DNA from: Ostreococcus lucimarinus
Taxonomy: Eukaryota
NCBI GenBank assembly: GCA_000092065.1
Contig: CP000581.1
Length of the DNA stretch: 64,000 bases
Strand: one strand, 5' to 3'
Position numbers and translations under genes: made by a program. Below the pieces are notes generated by a model. The model saw nothing but the letters and a program-made list of their open reading frames with translations, did not search any database and was not told where the DNA came from. Positions 30,101 through 41,700 of this stretch are shown here, one piece after another. Positions within the stretch are counted from its first letter, which is position 1; every line of letters begins with the position of its first letter.

Positions 30101-32151
30101 CTACTTGCCGCCAGCGGTCATCCGCGTGCCGTAATGCATGCTCACTGCGTTGTCAATGTCCTCTTGCGCACACCCCGCTTCGTGGAAGTTTTCGAGCGCC
30201 TCGTCGAGCATCGACTTCCATTCCTTTCCTAAGCGAGCCGCCAATTGTGATTGCTCGAAGAGCGTATTACCAAGCATGACGCGCACTTGTCCCTTCGTCG
30301 ATGGCTCCTCGTCCGTGGGTGGTTCGTCGCCCCGCGCGACGGCTTCGTCCACGAGCGCTTGGAACGCCGCCTTTTCCTCCTCAGTCTTTTCCCTCGGGAC
30401 TTCGTCCGGCAAGGTGGCAAACACAGCCTTGTAATCCGCCACGGCTCCGACGAATTCGGCCTCTGCTTCTGCAATGCGCTTTTTAGCATCGTGACCCTTG
30501 GCTACCTTACCCTCATCGCCGCTCATGCCGGCGGCGGCGCTGAGCAGACGCGAGCGCTCGTAGCGACGCTGCGCCAACGCGATGTGCGAATCGTGGTGAT
30601 CCGGCTTGATCACGATCGCTTCCTCGAATCGTTCCTTAGCAAGACCGATGAGTCGTTCGACTTCATCGAACTCATCCGCGATGGCGATGGCAGATCCCGG
30701 AGGACCGCCCTGCTCCTTCGCCGGTTCGCGACCGCCGTCCATCTTCTTGCGCGCTTCGCACATGTGCACGTTGCCCCAATTAAAGATGGTCGCCGCGGCG
30801 CAGGCTTGGAACTTCTCGATGGCAGCATCTCGAATTTCCTTTGCTTCTTCGTCCGTCAAGCTCGTACCACTTGCGAGATCGTTGGACAAGTTCGTACCCT
30901 AAGAGACGCGAAAAACGAGAAAATTGTCAGTCGAGAATTCGTCGTCGCGCCTTCGTGGTCGAGATTGAAACCATCGACCCCCAGCAAAGAAGCTCACGAT
31001 AGGAGCGAAAGACATTTGCAAAAACATTAATCACGGAAATCAGTGAAGTAGTAAGTTTTTTGTATCGTCATCGCTTCTTTGCACGATGAGAGCCGCGATT
31101 GTTTCGCACGTCGTGCGCTATTCGAAAGAAAACGTACCTCGTGGTGAAGGTCCAAGTGGCCCTCTGCGTCGATGCCGAGATGTTCGCGGAACAAGGAAGA
31201 AAAGTCCAAAATCCATTCATCGATCTCGACGACCTCGTTCGGCGCCAGGCCAACCGGGTTGCCATCTTCGTCGACGACCTCGATGTCTTCAACCTTGGGC
31301 AACTCTTGAATCATGAGCTTGACGTACGGGATGAGTGGGGGCTTTTCCATCGCCCGCAAACGCGTCGAGGTGGCGTAGATGGACTTTTGAAAGTCGTTTC
31401 GCGACTGAACATTCTTCACGTTGCCTTCTTCGTCTTCGTACTTGATCGAAAACTGCCCCGCGAACGCAAACTTGGTCGCAATGCTCGTCTGCAAGTCCTT
31501 GAAACCGATTGTAGACCACACGCTGAACATGCGCACGTCGTCCCCGAACGCCGCCTTGACCAGAATCGACGGCGGGTCCGCCACGCGCTCTTTCGCCTGC
31601 GCCGCGTATCGCGCTTCCGCTTCCGCTCTTCGCGCATCCTCTCCCGCATCACCATCGCCCTTCTTCGCGCCCTTCTTACCCTTCTTCCCGGGCGCGAGGG
31701 TCATCCCTCCCAACCCCGCCGGCGCCCCCGCCTTGCTCGTCCCGTTGAGCGCGTCCAGCGCATCCTTCGCGTCCGTGTAGCTCGGTTCGATCTCGATCAC
31801 GCTCTGCAAATCTCTTTTCGCCTTACCGACCTGTCCCAACTGCATGTACGCCTGCGCCCTGTGCCAATACGCCTTATAACTCTTCCCGTCCAGCGCCAGC
31901 GCGCGGCTCGCCTCCGCCACGACGTCCGCGTAGCACTGCATCTTCGAAAAGCACGCCGCTCGATTACTGTGAATCATCGCCCGCGTCTGATCGCGTTCGG
32001 GCAGCAGGTTCAGCGCTTGCTCGTACACCTCGAGCGCGCGCTTGATCGACCCCGCACCGTACAGCGCGTTCGCCTCATCCTTCAGCTCGACGGCGCGCTG
32101 CGTGAAGACTTCGTCGTCGGGGTCTTCGCCACCGCGGTGCGCGCTCTTCAT
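30101..32151 (-). CDS. TPR + PB1 domain protein (plant Phox/CLMP1-like), 2 exons: 32151..31136 and 30898..30101, intron 30899..31135
   Basis: Exon 1 has three TPR motifs (AVELKDEANALYG…) and a PB1 domain (VKAAFGDDVRMFSVWSTIGFKDLQ…KYEDEEGNV) and ends …HLDLHHE|gtacgt. Exon 2 is preceded by ttttctcgtttttcgcgtctcttag| and reads GTNLSNDLASGTSLTDEEAKEIRDAAIEKFQACAAATIFNWGNVHMCEARKK…. This reproduces the conserved HLDLHE…FNWGNVHMC(A)ARK block of CLMP1-type proteins and links the two track ORFs in phase 0. The 'M' of ORF 30101..30889 is a TTG. Confidence 0.7.
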
Positions 32152-32340
32152 CGCGAGCTTCGTCGTCGGCGCGTCTCTCGCGTTTGTCGTTCGTTCGCTT
32201 CGCGCGCGCGTCGGTCGCGTCGCGTCCGCGCGCGTCGCGGTGCGCCGTCGTCGACGCGTCACCCAGCCAATCCCTTGAGGGTTTCGCCTAGGGTGGGTCG
32301 CTCGCACACCCGGGTGTTCCGAGTCCCGACCCGTACTGTT

Positions 32341-32410
32341 CGCGCATACAGGTCGGTCGCCGCGAGCATCGGTGTCACTGTTTGCGCATACAGGTCGGTC
32401 GCCGCGAACC
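32341..32410. promoter_or_regulatory. Direct repeat (2 × ~26 bp, gcgcatacaggtcggtcgccgcga) in the bidirectional promoter between the TPR-PB1 gene and the downstream + strand gene
   Basis: gttcgcgcatacaggtcggtcgccgcgagc … tttgcgcatacaggtcggtcgccgcgaacc, separated by ~14 bp; read directly. Confidence 0.5.
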
Positions 32411-32462
32411 GAACGGTCGCATCGCCGGACGTCGTCGCGCGCGCCACCGTCGCGCGCGCGCG

Positions 32463-33806
32463 ATGTCGGCGATGCGCCGCCGCGAGAGATTGCTGCTCAA
32501 GCGGCGCGTGCGTCGGTGCGGGCGCCTCGCGCTGTGCGTCGGGTTGCTGTGCGCGGGGCTCGTCATCGCGCGACGCCGCGCGTGGACGTGGACGGACGCG
32601 GACGACGACGACGACGGCGGCGACGGCGGCGGCGCGGGACGCGGGTTCGGACGCGCGTCTTCGCGGCGACGCGGGTTCGCGGCGCGCGATGCGGCGCGCG
32701 CGCCGGCGCGCGACGCGCCGGAGGGCGAACCGACGCGCGCGGTGGACGGCGCGGCGTCGACGTGCGGCGTCGGCGGGTCGGCGTTCGGCGAGCGAGGATG
32801 CGCGAACGAGCGCGCGTATCCGGATTTAGACGTCGTGAGCGTGGCGGTGAAACCGTCGTGCGTGAACGCGGTGGCGGTGGCGGCGTTGAATCAGTACGTG
32901 GGGCCGAGGAGGATCGTGGTCGTGGCGCCCGATGAGACGCGGTGCGAGACGTTTCGCGGCATGGCGACGAACGTGGAGTGTCACGCAGAGGACGCGTTTA
33001 TACGCGGGTTGACGAAGGATGCGGTTTCGTGGTATTTGGAGGACGCGTACGGAGATTCGCTCGGACGCGATGGCGCGCGCGCGCGATTCGTCGGTCGAGA
33101 ATTGGGAGGGTGGTATTTACAACAGTTGATCAAGCTCGGCGCGGCGACGTCGACGGCCATCGCGCATCCGCCGCTGAGCCGAAAGTTTTTGCTGTGGGAT
33201 TTGGACATGATCCCCTTGCGCCCGTTGACGCTGTTCAAGGGAGAGATTCCAGTGAGACAAATCGGTGGTAACGTCATCAAGTCGTACGAGGCGGCGTACG
33301 AGACGCTCACGGGTGATCGTCTGAAGTACGCCAAGGATGGTACGTCCTACGTCACGCATCAAATGGTCGTCGACGCGTCCATCATGGAGGAGATGCTCGA
33401 TGCGTTCGCACGCAAAGCTGATCGCACAGACGAACTAGCGACGACAAGCGACGAACTCCCGCGATGGGCTACCGCGGTTTTGCAATCGTTGAACCGCAAA
33501 GATCTCACGCTCGGCTTTAGCGAATACGCGACGTACGCCTCGTACGTCGTCGATAATCACCCGTCCGAGGTGTCCGTGGAATCGCGCAAAAAGTGGGCGC
33601 GCGCGAGCGGTGGCAAGCTTGGGATATCGTTCCAGCGCTGGATCAACCACGATGGTCTGTGTTGCCCGGGTCCGGGCGTGCTCGGGTTGATGAAATCTCG
33701 ACGGTTCGATTACGTGGGGCACGAAATCGGTCACGTAGAATCGTGCCGATACGACTCTCCCGAACACGAGTTCTCGTACGGGTTACCCATCACTGTGCCG
33801 GACTGA
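32463..33806 (+). CDS. Type II membrane protein, putative Golgi glycosyltransferase-like (function unassigned)
   Basis: The N-terminus has a cytosolic RRRERLLLKRRVRR stretch, a TM helix (CGRLALCVGLLCAGLVIA) and an acidic/Gly stem. A ~330-aa globular domain follows (…GWYLQQLIKLGAA…FLLWDLDMIP…) with no motif I can assign with certainty. Confidence 0.4.
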   Translation: MSAMRRRERLLLKRRVRRCGRLALCVGLLCAGLVIARRRAWTWTDADDDDDGGDGGGAGRGFGRASSRRRGFAARDAARAPARDAPEGEPTRAVDGAASTCGVGGSAFGERGCANERAYPDLDVVSVAVKPSCVNAVAVAALNQYVGPRRIVVVAPDETRCETFRGMATNVECHAEDAFIRGLTKDAVSWYLEDAYGDSLGRDGARARFVGRELGGWYLQQLIKLGAATSTAIAHPPLSRKFLLWDLDMIPLRPLTLFKGEIPVRQIGGNVIKSYEAAYETLTGDRLKYAKDGTSYVTHQMVVDASIMEEMLDAFARKADRTDELATTSDELPRWATAVLQSLNRKDLTLGFSEYATYASYVVDNHPSEVSVESRKKWARASGGKLGISFQRWINHDGLCCPGPGVLGLMKSRRFDYVGHEIGHVESCRYDSPEHEFSYGLPITVPD

Positions 33807-33861
33807 CGCGCATTCAGTTTCGGTTGACGCATTTAAAGTTGTAACTTTCACAACAACGTCG

Positions 33862-35387
33862 TTATTTAGAGCTACCTACGTTCCAAAATCTCAGCTGTCC
33901 GTCGTCGCCGCCGCTGCACAGCCGTTCGCCTCCGTGGTAATCCACGGCGAAGTTTTTCCCGTCGTGCGACGAAACGCTGTGCAGTGGCACTCTACCACGA
34001 ATATCCCATAACTTGACTTTTCCGTCGTATCCACTACTCACGATGTGATGCTCGTTTGTTGGACTCCATCGAACGCACGACACCCACCCCTGCGTTTCAA
34101 ATCGCGCGCGTCAGTCAATCGGCGAAACAATTCATTCCGCGAAACAAATTTTTGCGCGCCGCTCGCAAAGTCTCAGTAAAAAATTAGAGTGATTGATTGT
34201 GCCCTCACGCACGAGTGTCGGGAATCAAAAGTGTGTTCATCACTGACTTTGCGAACGGGCGCGAGCGCGAGCGAGAGTACACATGACGACAAACTTACCT
34301 CGTGAGATTTGAGCTTCAGGCACGCCTTTGCCGACGCCGACTCTCGCGGATCCCACACGTTAACCAGGCGGTCGCTCCCCCCGAAAGCGAACCTACTTCC
34401 TCCCCTCGAGACATCCAAGGTATGGACTGAACTGTTCGTATGATGAGACTCCTTCTCTTCGCCAGTCTCCACGTCCCACGCTCGGATCGTATTATCGTAT
34501 GCGCCGGTCCAAAGTACTTGCGGGCTTTCCCAGGAAACCGCTCGCACTTGATCCGTGTGCCCACGCAACACGAGCTCCTCGCCGAGACCAATTTTCGCGC
34601 TCGCATCGTCGACCATCGCGTCGTCGTCTGTAGCCTCCGATTTCTTCGATGTTCTGCGCTTCTTCGTTACCTTTTCGTTCGCCGACTCGCCACCGTCGAT
34701 TTTCCACACTCGCGCCGTGCAGTCGACGGAACACGAGGCGAACAGTCGAGCGCCGTACGCGCTCGCGACGTCCGTCACAGTGCCCTCGTGACCCTTGAAA
34801 ACACGCTGCTCCCCGAGTTCACACTTTTTCCCAGTCAGCGTCACCGCATACGATCGCAAGGTGTGATCCGCCGAAGCCGCTAACACCACACACGCGTTTT
34901 CTGCGTCCGCGCCGGCGCTCGGCGGCGCCAAGCTCACCGAGCACACGCGCTCTTCCGCGCCTTCCAACTCGCACAGCAACTTACCCACGGGTGACCACAA
35001 CCGTGCTTTACCGTCGAAGGACCCCGTGACGACCGCTTTCGCCCAACTTCCATCGATCGAGCTCACCCACGCCTCGCATTTCGTCGTCTCAGCCGCCGTC
35101 GGCGGTCCCAGCGCCGGCACGTACTCCACCACCAGCGTCGCCTCCGCGCTCTTCCCGAGCCTCAGCGCCAACTTCGCCAGCGACGTGCGCAAAAGCGTTC
35201 CATCGATGAGGAAATCAAACGGCGTCGGCGTCGTCGCGCCGAGCAGGTGATTCACCACCTCGCTCAAGCCGTACCTCGTCAGCCGGCCCGGCACCTCGAT
35301 CGCGCTCTCACTCACGCGAAACTCCTCGGGCAGGCGCGTGACGAAGCTCACCGCGATCTCGACATCGCTCGCGTCCTCGTTCGACAT
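33862..35387 (-). CDS. WDR12: Ribosome biogenesis protein WDR12/Ytm1 (N-terminal Ubl/NLE domain + WD40), 2 exons: 35387..34299 and 34089..33862, intron 34090..34298
   Basis: The N-terminus VEIAVSFVTRLPEEFRVSESAIEVPGRLTRYGLSEVVNHLLG…PFDFLIDGTLLRTSLAKL matches the Ytm1/WDR12 Ubl domain, and WD repeats follow. Exon 1 ends …KLKSHE|gtaagt. The acceptor …tttgaaacgcag| precedes GWVSCVRWSPTNEHHIVSSGYDGKVKLWDIRG…, reproducing the WDR12 HEGWVSSVKWSP block. Confidence 0.8.
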
Positions 35388-35756
35388 CGCCCTCGCGGTT
35401 TCCCGCGCGCCGTCGCGCGTCGTCGACGACTTCGCGTCGGCGAGCGCCGGCGGCTGCGCTTTTTCGTCGTCGCCCGAGGGCGCCTCACGTCGCGCGCGGG
35501 CGTTCGATCGCTCGTCACGCCCCGCTCGCGCGCGCGCCGATACCGTCGCTCGCGCTCGAAGTCGCGCCGCGCGTCTTTCGGCGCGTCGCCGGCCGCGCGC
35601 GTCGCCGAATGGCGACGCCGCGCTGTCCCCTTGGACGGTCGTTGCGGGCATTCGCCGCATACGCGCGCGCGCGCACCGTCCGTCGCGCGCGCACGAGCCG
35701 CGCAACGCGCGCAAAGTCGCGTGCGACGTCGCGCGCGCGCACACCGCGCGCGAGCG

Positions 35757-38700
35757 ATGTTCATCGCGCGGCGTCGGTCGTCGAACGAGGGCACCGTCCC
35801 GGGCGGAGCGGCGAACGCGGCGCCGTCGATCGTGCCCACGGGCGCGCGCGATGACGCGAGCGCGACGTCGCGCGCGGCAGAGCGGCGCGGTAGTGATCTC
35901 GCGTCGGGCGATGGTGGCGCGGAGCGGGCGGGAGGGACGAGCGGGACGGTGAACGCCGTCGTGGGATCGCAACCCGCGCGCGAACGCGCGGGCGCGACGT
36001 CGACGAGCGTGGCGAGGAAAAGGAGTTTCAATCGCTCGCGCACGGCGAAGGAGGACACGTTGAACGCGCTGCTCGAAAAACTGTGTGCGATCGATGTCGT
36101 GGATGAGGACTCGAGGGGATCGATGGAAGACGACGGGGCGCTGCGGGAACGCGTGGAGACGGAGGCGCGAAGCGCGAACCCGGCAGACTTTCTCAAGTTT
36201 AGAAACGCGGTACACGAACGTGTGGATACGATGATCACGGGCGAGGACGTAGCGAGAAAGCTCGGGGGACTGCGCGCGATTGATCAGCTCATCGAGGTGG
36301 AGTTTGGCGAGGAGGTCGAAAAGGTGAAGAAGTTTGCAGATTACTTGCTCGACGTCGTGAGCACGAGTGCGGAGGACTTGCTCGGATCGTCGTTGACGGA
36401 TGAACACAGAGAGCACCCTGTGGCGATTAATGATCCACTTTGGAGTAATGCGCGCGCGCGCGAACTCGTGGAGATGATGAGCCTGGTCTTAGGTCGATTG
36501 GTTTTGCACAGCGGGGCGTTGACGACTGAAATCGTCGACTCGCACGTGCAGCGTGCCATCGAGTTGTTGAACGCGGACGACGGGAATCAAGACGTGGTGA
36601 GCATGAAGCACTACGCCGCAGCTCTGACGCTGACCGAACTCGCGCGCAATGCGCCTACGATCTTCAACGTCCACGTACCAATTTTTATCTCGTCCATCTG
36701 GACCGCTTTGCGCGATCCATCTTTGAGAGTGCGCGAAGTCGCTGTCTTGGCGCTTCGCGAGTGTCTGATGGTGACGGAGCGCCGAGAGACGAGATATCGC
36801 GTGCAGTGGTACTACGCGTTGTACGAAGCCTGTCGAGCAGGATTGAAGCAAACTTCGAAAGTAGAAGAGATACACGGTTCATTGTTGGTGTTCGGCGAAT
36901 TACTGAGACACACTGGCGAGTTCATGTTGAGTCGCTATCGCGAAGTGGCGTTGACGATTTTGCGGCTTCAAGATTTTAAGAAGTCAATCATACGACGAAC
37001 GATCGTGAGTTTGATTCCCAAGTTAGCAGCATTTAGTCCACAGCGCTTCGCGGAGTCGTACCTGGTCGAGTCGTGTGCGTTGATCCTCACGACGATTCGC
37101 TCGCCGAACGATAGCGGCGCCGGCTTTCAAGCGCTCAGTCACCTCGCCGACGCAATGTCGTCAGTGATAGACGTTGATTCAGATGAAGTCACAGTTGGCA
37201 GCTCTTTACTGAGGTACTTGCCGGAAGTGAGTGCGGTAATGTACGACATGTTTACGTCTCGAGCAAGAGGACCGAACGCGTATCCAGAGGCGCTCGAGTG
37301 CGCCGGGGCTTTGATGAATTCGCTCCACTTAGCGTGGAAGCCGCATTTCGTAAACTTGTTGATGCCTATGTTCACCGCGGGGTTGTCCAAGTCGCTCGTC
37401 ATAGGGCTTGAATCTGCAGCCCAAGGTGCACCGGATCTGTTGCCGTCTATCCAATTGAAACTGGCAGACGCTATTGCGAGCGCGATTCATCAGGAACCGA
37501 CGACGGAGAAGAGCTGCCCGATGCCACCGAACAAAAAGATCGTGCAACTGGCGCTCAAAACGATGCGAACTTTCCCGTTCGAACCGACAGTGTTACTTCG
37601 ATCGATTCGCAAAAATGTCATTTGCTACCTGGACGATTCGTCAGCTGAGTCACGACTCGAAGCGGCGCTGACGTGTTGCAGCGCGTTGCGCCTCAGAGTG
37701 GGATCGAGCAAGAGCGTGACGACCGCGGTGGAGAACATCATGGAAGCGCTCATTCCAGTGGCGGTCGGCGACAACGATGCATCGATCAGAAATGCGCTGT
37801 TGACTGAATTTTGCAGGCCGAGCGCATCGATAGATTCGTACCTATCGCAGGCAAAATCTCTCAGGGCGTTGTTTTTGACAGTGAACGACGAGAGTGTTGC
37901 CATACGCATGTTAGGTATTGAGCTGCTTGGACGCTTGGCGACGAGGAATCCGGCGTACGTCCTTCCAGCACTACGTGTGCACATGCTGCAGCTTTTAGCT
38001 GAGCTCGAATATAGTAGCGAATCCCTGCATAGAGAGGAGAGTGCCAAGGTGATGGCGGTGATGATTCGCAGTTGTCCGCGGCTCGTCTCGCCGTATCTCT
38101 CCCCTATCTTGCGTTGCCTCATGTCTACGTTGAAGGCGGAAGAAGGCGGAGCGGCGAAGAGCTCGAAATCAAAACAAGACTCATCAGCACCGTCGAGCGC
38201 ATCTGTGGGAACTGCCGCGACCACGTTGCGACGAACATCATCATCCAAACAGACGTCGGCCATTGCGCCGTCGAAAAAACACGATATCACTGGCCGCGAA
38301 AAGGCAGCAGTACTTGGCACGATCGGCGAGCTTGCAAATGTTAGTGGATATGGCATCACGCCATTTGTTCAAGAGCTTCTCATTCTTCTATTGATAGCGC
38401 TGAAATCGGCAAGCACTCGCGACCATGCCGTCGTGACTCTCGGCAAGCTCATCGAGAGCTCGGGATACGTCGCTGAGCCGTTCACGACGCACCCGCAGCT
38501 TTTGCCACAGTTGCTCCGAATGCTGGCAAACGAACGCGGTATTGTCAGGAGCGAAGTACTGCGGACCCTGGGAATTCTTGGTGCGCTCGATCCGCATGCG
38601 CACAGAGGAAATGAAATTCGTTTGCACGGAGAGGGTGTACTAAGCGAAGAGGGCGTGCGCGGTGTGCGACAAGCGAGACTGAGTATGAAGATCGACGATG

Positions 38701-41700
38701 GCGCGACGGACAGCGCGCAGGTCGATGATTTAGGCAATAATGATGACGGTGACGAAGAGCTGGATATACTACCGATGCTTCATTTGACGTCGCTATCCGA
38801 TGACTATTACCCGACGATAGCGCTGAATTCGTTACTTCGTGTGCTGCGAGATCCTTCGCGCACGAGCGTTCGTCACATGGTGGTGCGAAGCATCGTGTAC
38901 ATTTTCCAAGTCCTCGACACGGCTTGTGTTCAATATTTACCTAGCGTCGTCCCAGTCATGCTGAGTGTGATTCGAACGAGTGATGATAGCCTGCGTGAAG
39001 GAATGTTTGTGGAGCTCGCTACTCTGGTGGGTGTCATCAAGGCACATATTCGCCGATACTTGTCGGACATCTTCGAGCTGATGAATATTGCATGGGATAG
39101 AAGCGGGATGTCCAAAAATACGCTGCTTTTGTGCGAAGAGCTTTCCGTCGCTTTGAACGACGAGTTCAGAAGGAGTTTACCCATGATTGTTCCTCGCATA
39201 GTTTCGTCGCTCGCAGAGGCTGAGCGCTTGCGCAGGTACGATTCAGTACCGTATATTCTTCACGCCTTGGAGACGTTCGGAACTTCGCTCAACGATCACC
39301 TCTACTTGATACTTCCGACGCTTGTGCGCATTTTTAAACCAAGCGTTTTGGATATGCCGCTTGACATCAAAAGAGGCGCTCTGCAGTCTCTGCGCAGACT
39401 GCTACCGCGCATGCGCTTGGCGGACCAGGCTGGGATTGTCGTTCACGCGTTGACGAGAGTATTGGACGTGGAGGACGTAGAGCTTCGTTTAGATGTACTA
39501 AACGTGCTCATATCGTTGGAGGTGTCTCTTGGGCGCGAATATGCGCTCTTCTTGCCCGTCGTAAAGCGTGCTGTTTCAAAGTGCGGCGTCAAGGATCCGG
39601 CGTTTGACGACATGGTCAAGCGAGTCGAAAGTGGTAATCCGCTACTCTTCGATGACCTTGAATCTGAATCGCTATTAATCGCGTCAGCCACGGAACATAG
39701 AAAACCTGTGCTTCAAAAGCATCTTTCAGTGAACCAACTTGCCGTTCGCCGCGCTTGGGAGAGCAGTCAGCGGTCTACCAAGGAAGATTGGCTAGAATGG
39801 ATGCGAAAACTTGCGTTGGATCTGTTGAAGAGCTCACCACTGCCGTCGCTACGAGCGTGCAGTGAGTTAGCGCAAGTGCAGCCGAATCTTGCTAGGGATC
39901 TATTTTGCGCTTCGTTTGTTTCGTGCTGGGCCGAGCTGAATGAAAGCCATCGAGAGATTCTAGTGCGCTCGCTGGAAGCCGCTCTCGGAAGCCCGACCAT
40001 TCCTCCTGAGATCGTCTCAGTTTTGCTCAATCTCTGCGAGTTCATGGAACACGATGAAAAGCCAATTCCAGTTGACGTGCGGACGTTGGGTATGATTGCT
40101 GAACGCTCCAGAGCTTACGCCAAAGCTTTGCACTACAAAGAACTTGAGTTCATAACGAACCCAGGTGCGTGCGTCGCAGCCATCATCGCCATCAACAACC
40201 AGTTGCAACTTCCCGAGGCGGCTCGAGGTGTGCTCGTGTACGCGCAAGAAAACTTGACGGTCGACATCAAAGAGTCGTGGTACGAGAAACTTGAACAATG
40301 GGACGATGCTTTGGAAGCGTATAAAAGAAAACTGGACGAGCTCGCCAGCGTGGATTCACCTCAAGCGATGGAAGAAAGACGTGAAGCGATGGTGGGGCAG
40401 CTTCGATGCTTGAACGCACTCGCGGAGTGGGAAGAAATTCAGAGAATCTACGAAGCTGGGAATCAAGCAAACGTCGATTGGGACGAGTATCGCAACGATG
40501 TTACTACGATTGCCGCGAAAGCTGCTTGGCATCTTGGAGATTGGGAGCAGATGGAGATTTGTACGAATCAACTTGATAGAGATCAAAATATCCGGGGTCG
40601 TCTCCCAAACGCCGACCGTGTCGATGCGATCGGCAAGCGTACGTCCAGCGTAGTGAACACTACTGATTGTGACTTTTACAAGTCCATTCTCGCCATCCGT
40701 CGAGGCGCACAGGACGAGGCGCGGGAGCATCTTGCCGCCGCGCGCGAGATGCTCGGCACGGAACTCGCGGCTCTCGTGAGAGAGTCTTACGACCGTTCTT
40801 ACGGAGCGCTCATACGAGCGCAACAGCTAACTGAGCTGGATGAAGTGATTGAATACGCGCAACTGACTGCGGTCGCTTCACCCGCGGCTGCGCGGCGACA
40901 AGAGATCATTCGAAAAATGTGGCGCGATCGAATCTACTTGGTCAAGCGTGACGTCGAGGTCTGGCAAGAGCTCTTGCAAGTTCGCTCATTGGTGTTGCCC
41001 ATGAGCGAAGAAACTGATATATGGCTTAAGTTTGCCTCTCTGAACCGCAAACAAGGGCGCGACCGTCAATCACGTCGAACGTTGTTGCGCCTCCTTGAGT
41101 ATGACCCAATCATGTGTGCCGAGGGCAAGCCAGGATTCGGCGCGGGTTCTGGGCGCCCTAAAGTCATGTTTGCGTTCGTGAAGCACTTGTGGCACACAGG
41201 ACAGAAAAGGCAAGCTTTTATGCGTCTTCAATCTCTCGCACACGAGTTGCGAGTGCAATTGGAAAACATGCGCGCTTCTGGTCAGACAGAGACGGATCAC
41301 AACAAGACGGTCTCGCGAGCTTTTCTCAAACTCGGCAAATGGCGCTGGGCGCTCACCGATAGTATGAACGATGAAACACTGACTGATGTGCTCATGGCGT
41401 TCAGAACCGCGACATCTGCGGACCAGCATTGGTCCAAGGCGTGGCATCACTGGGCATTGTTCAACGCCACGGCCATGGAACATTTCCATCGCCAAGGTGG
41501 TGCGTCAACAAAGGATGCGATGCAGCACGTCGCGCCAGCAATCAGTGGATTTTTCCGATCAATCTCTTTGGCAGGCTCATCCATGAAAGCCAAGGGTGGA
41601 TCACTGCAGGACATTCTACGCCTGCTCACACTTTGGTTCAATCACGGTGGCTCGCCCGAAGTCGAAACGGCCTTGATCGCTGGGTTTGGACACGTAAACA

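Noticed and set aside
30881-30889. 'M' start codons in the ORF track at 30889 (TTG), 34083 (GTG) and 59564 (GTG)
   Set aside because: Checked against the nucleotide sequence: these are not ATG. In each case the frame is entered through an upstream splice acceptor, so these ORFs are downstream exons, not independent genes.
30899-34298. Possibility that the short introns are copies of a repeated 'introner' element
   Set aside because: I compared the intron sequences of WDR12, TPR-PB1, PSMB3, NiSOD, epimerase and bS6 by eye. They share no common sequence and differ greatly in composition (AT-rich vs pure CG repeats).
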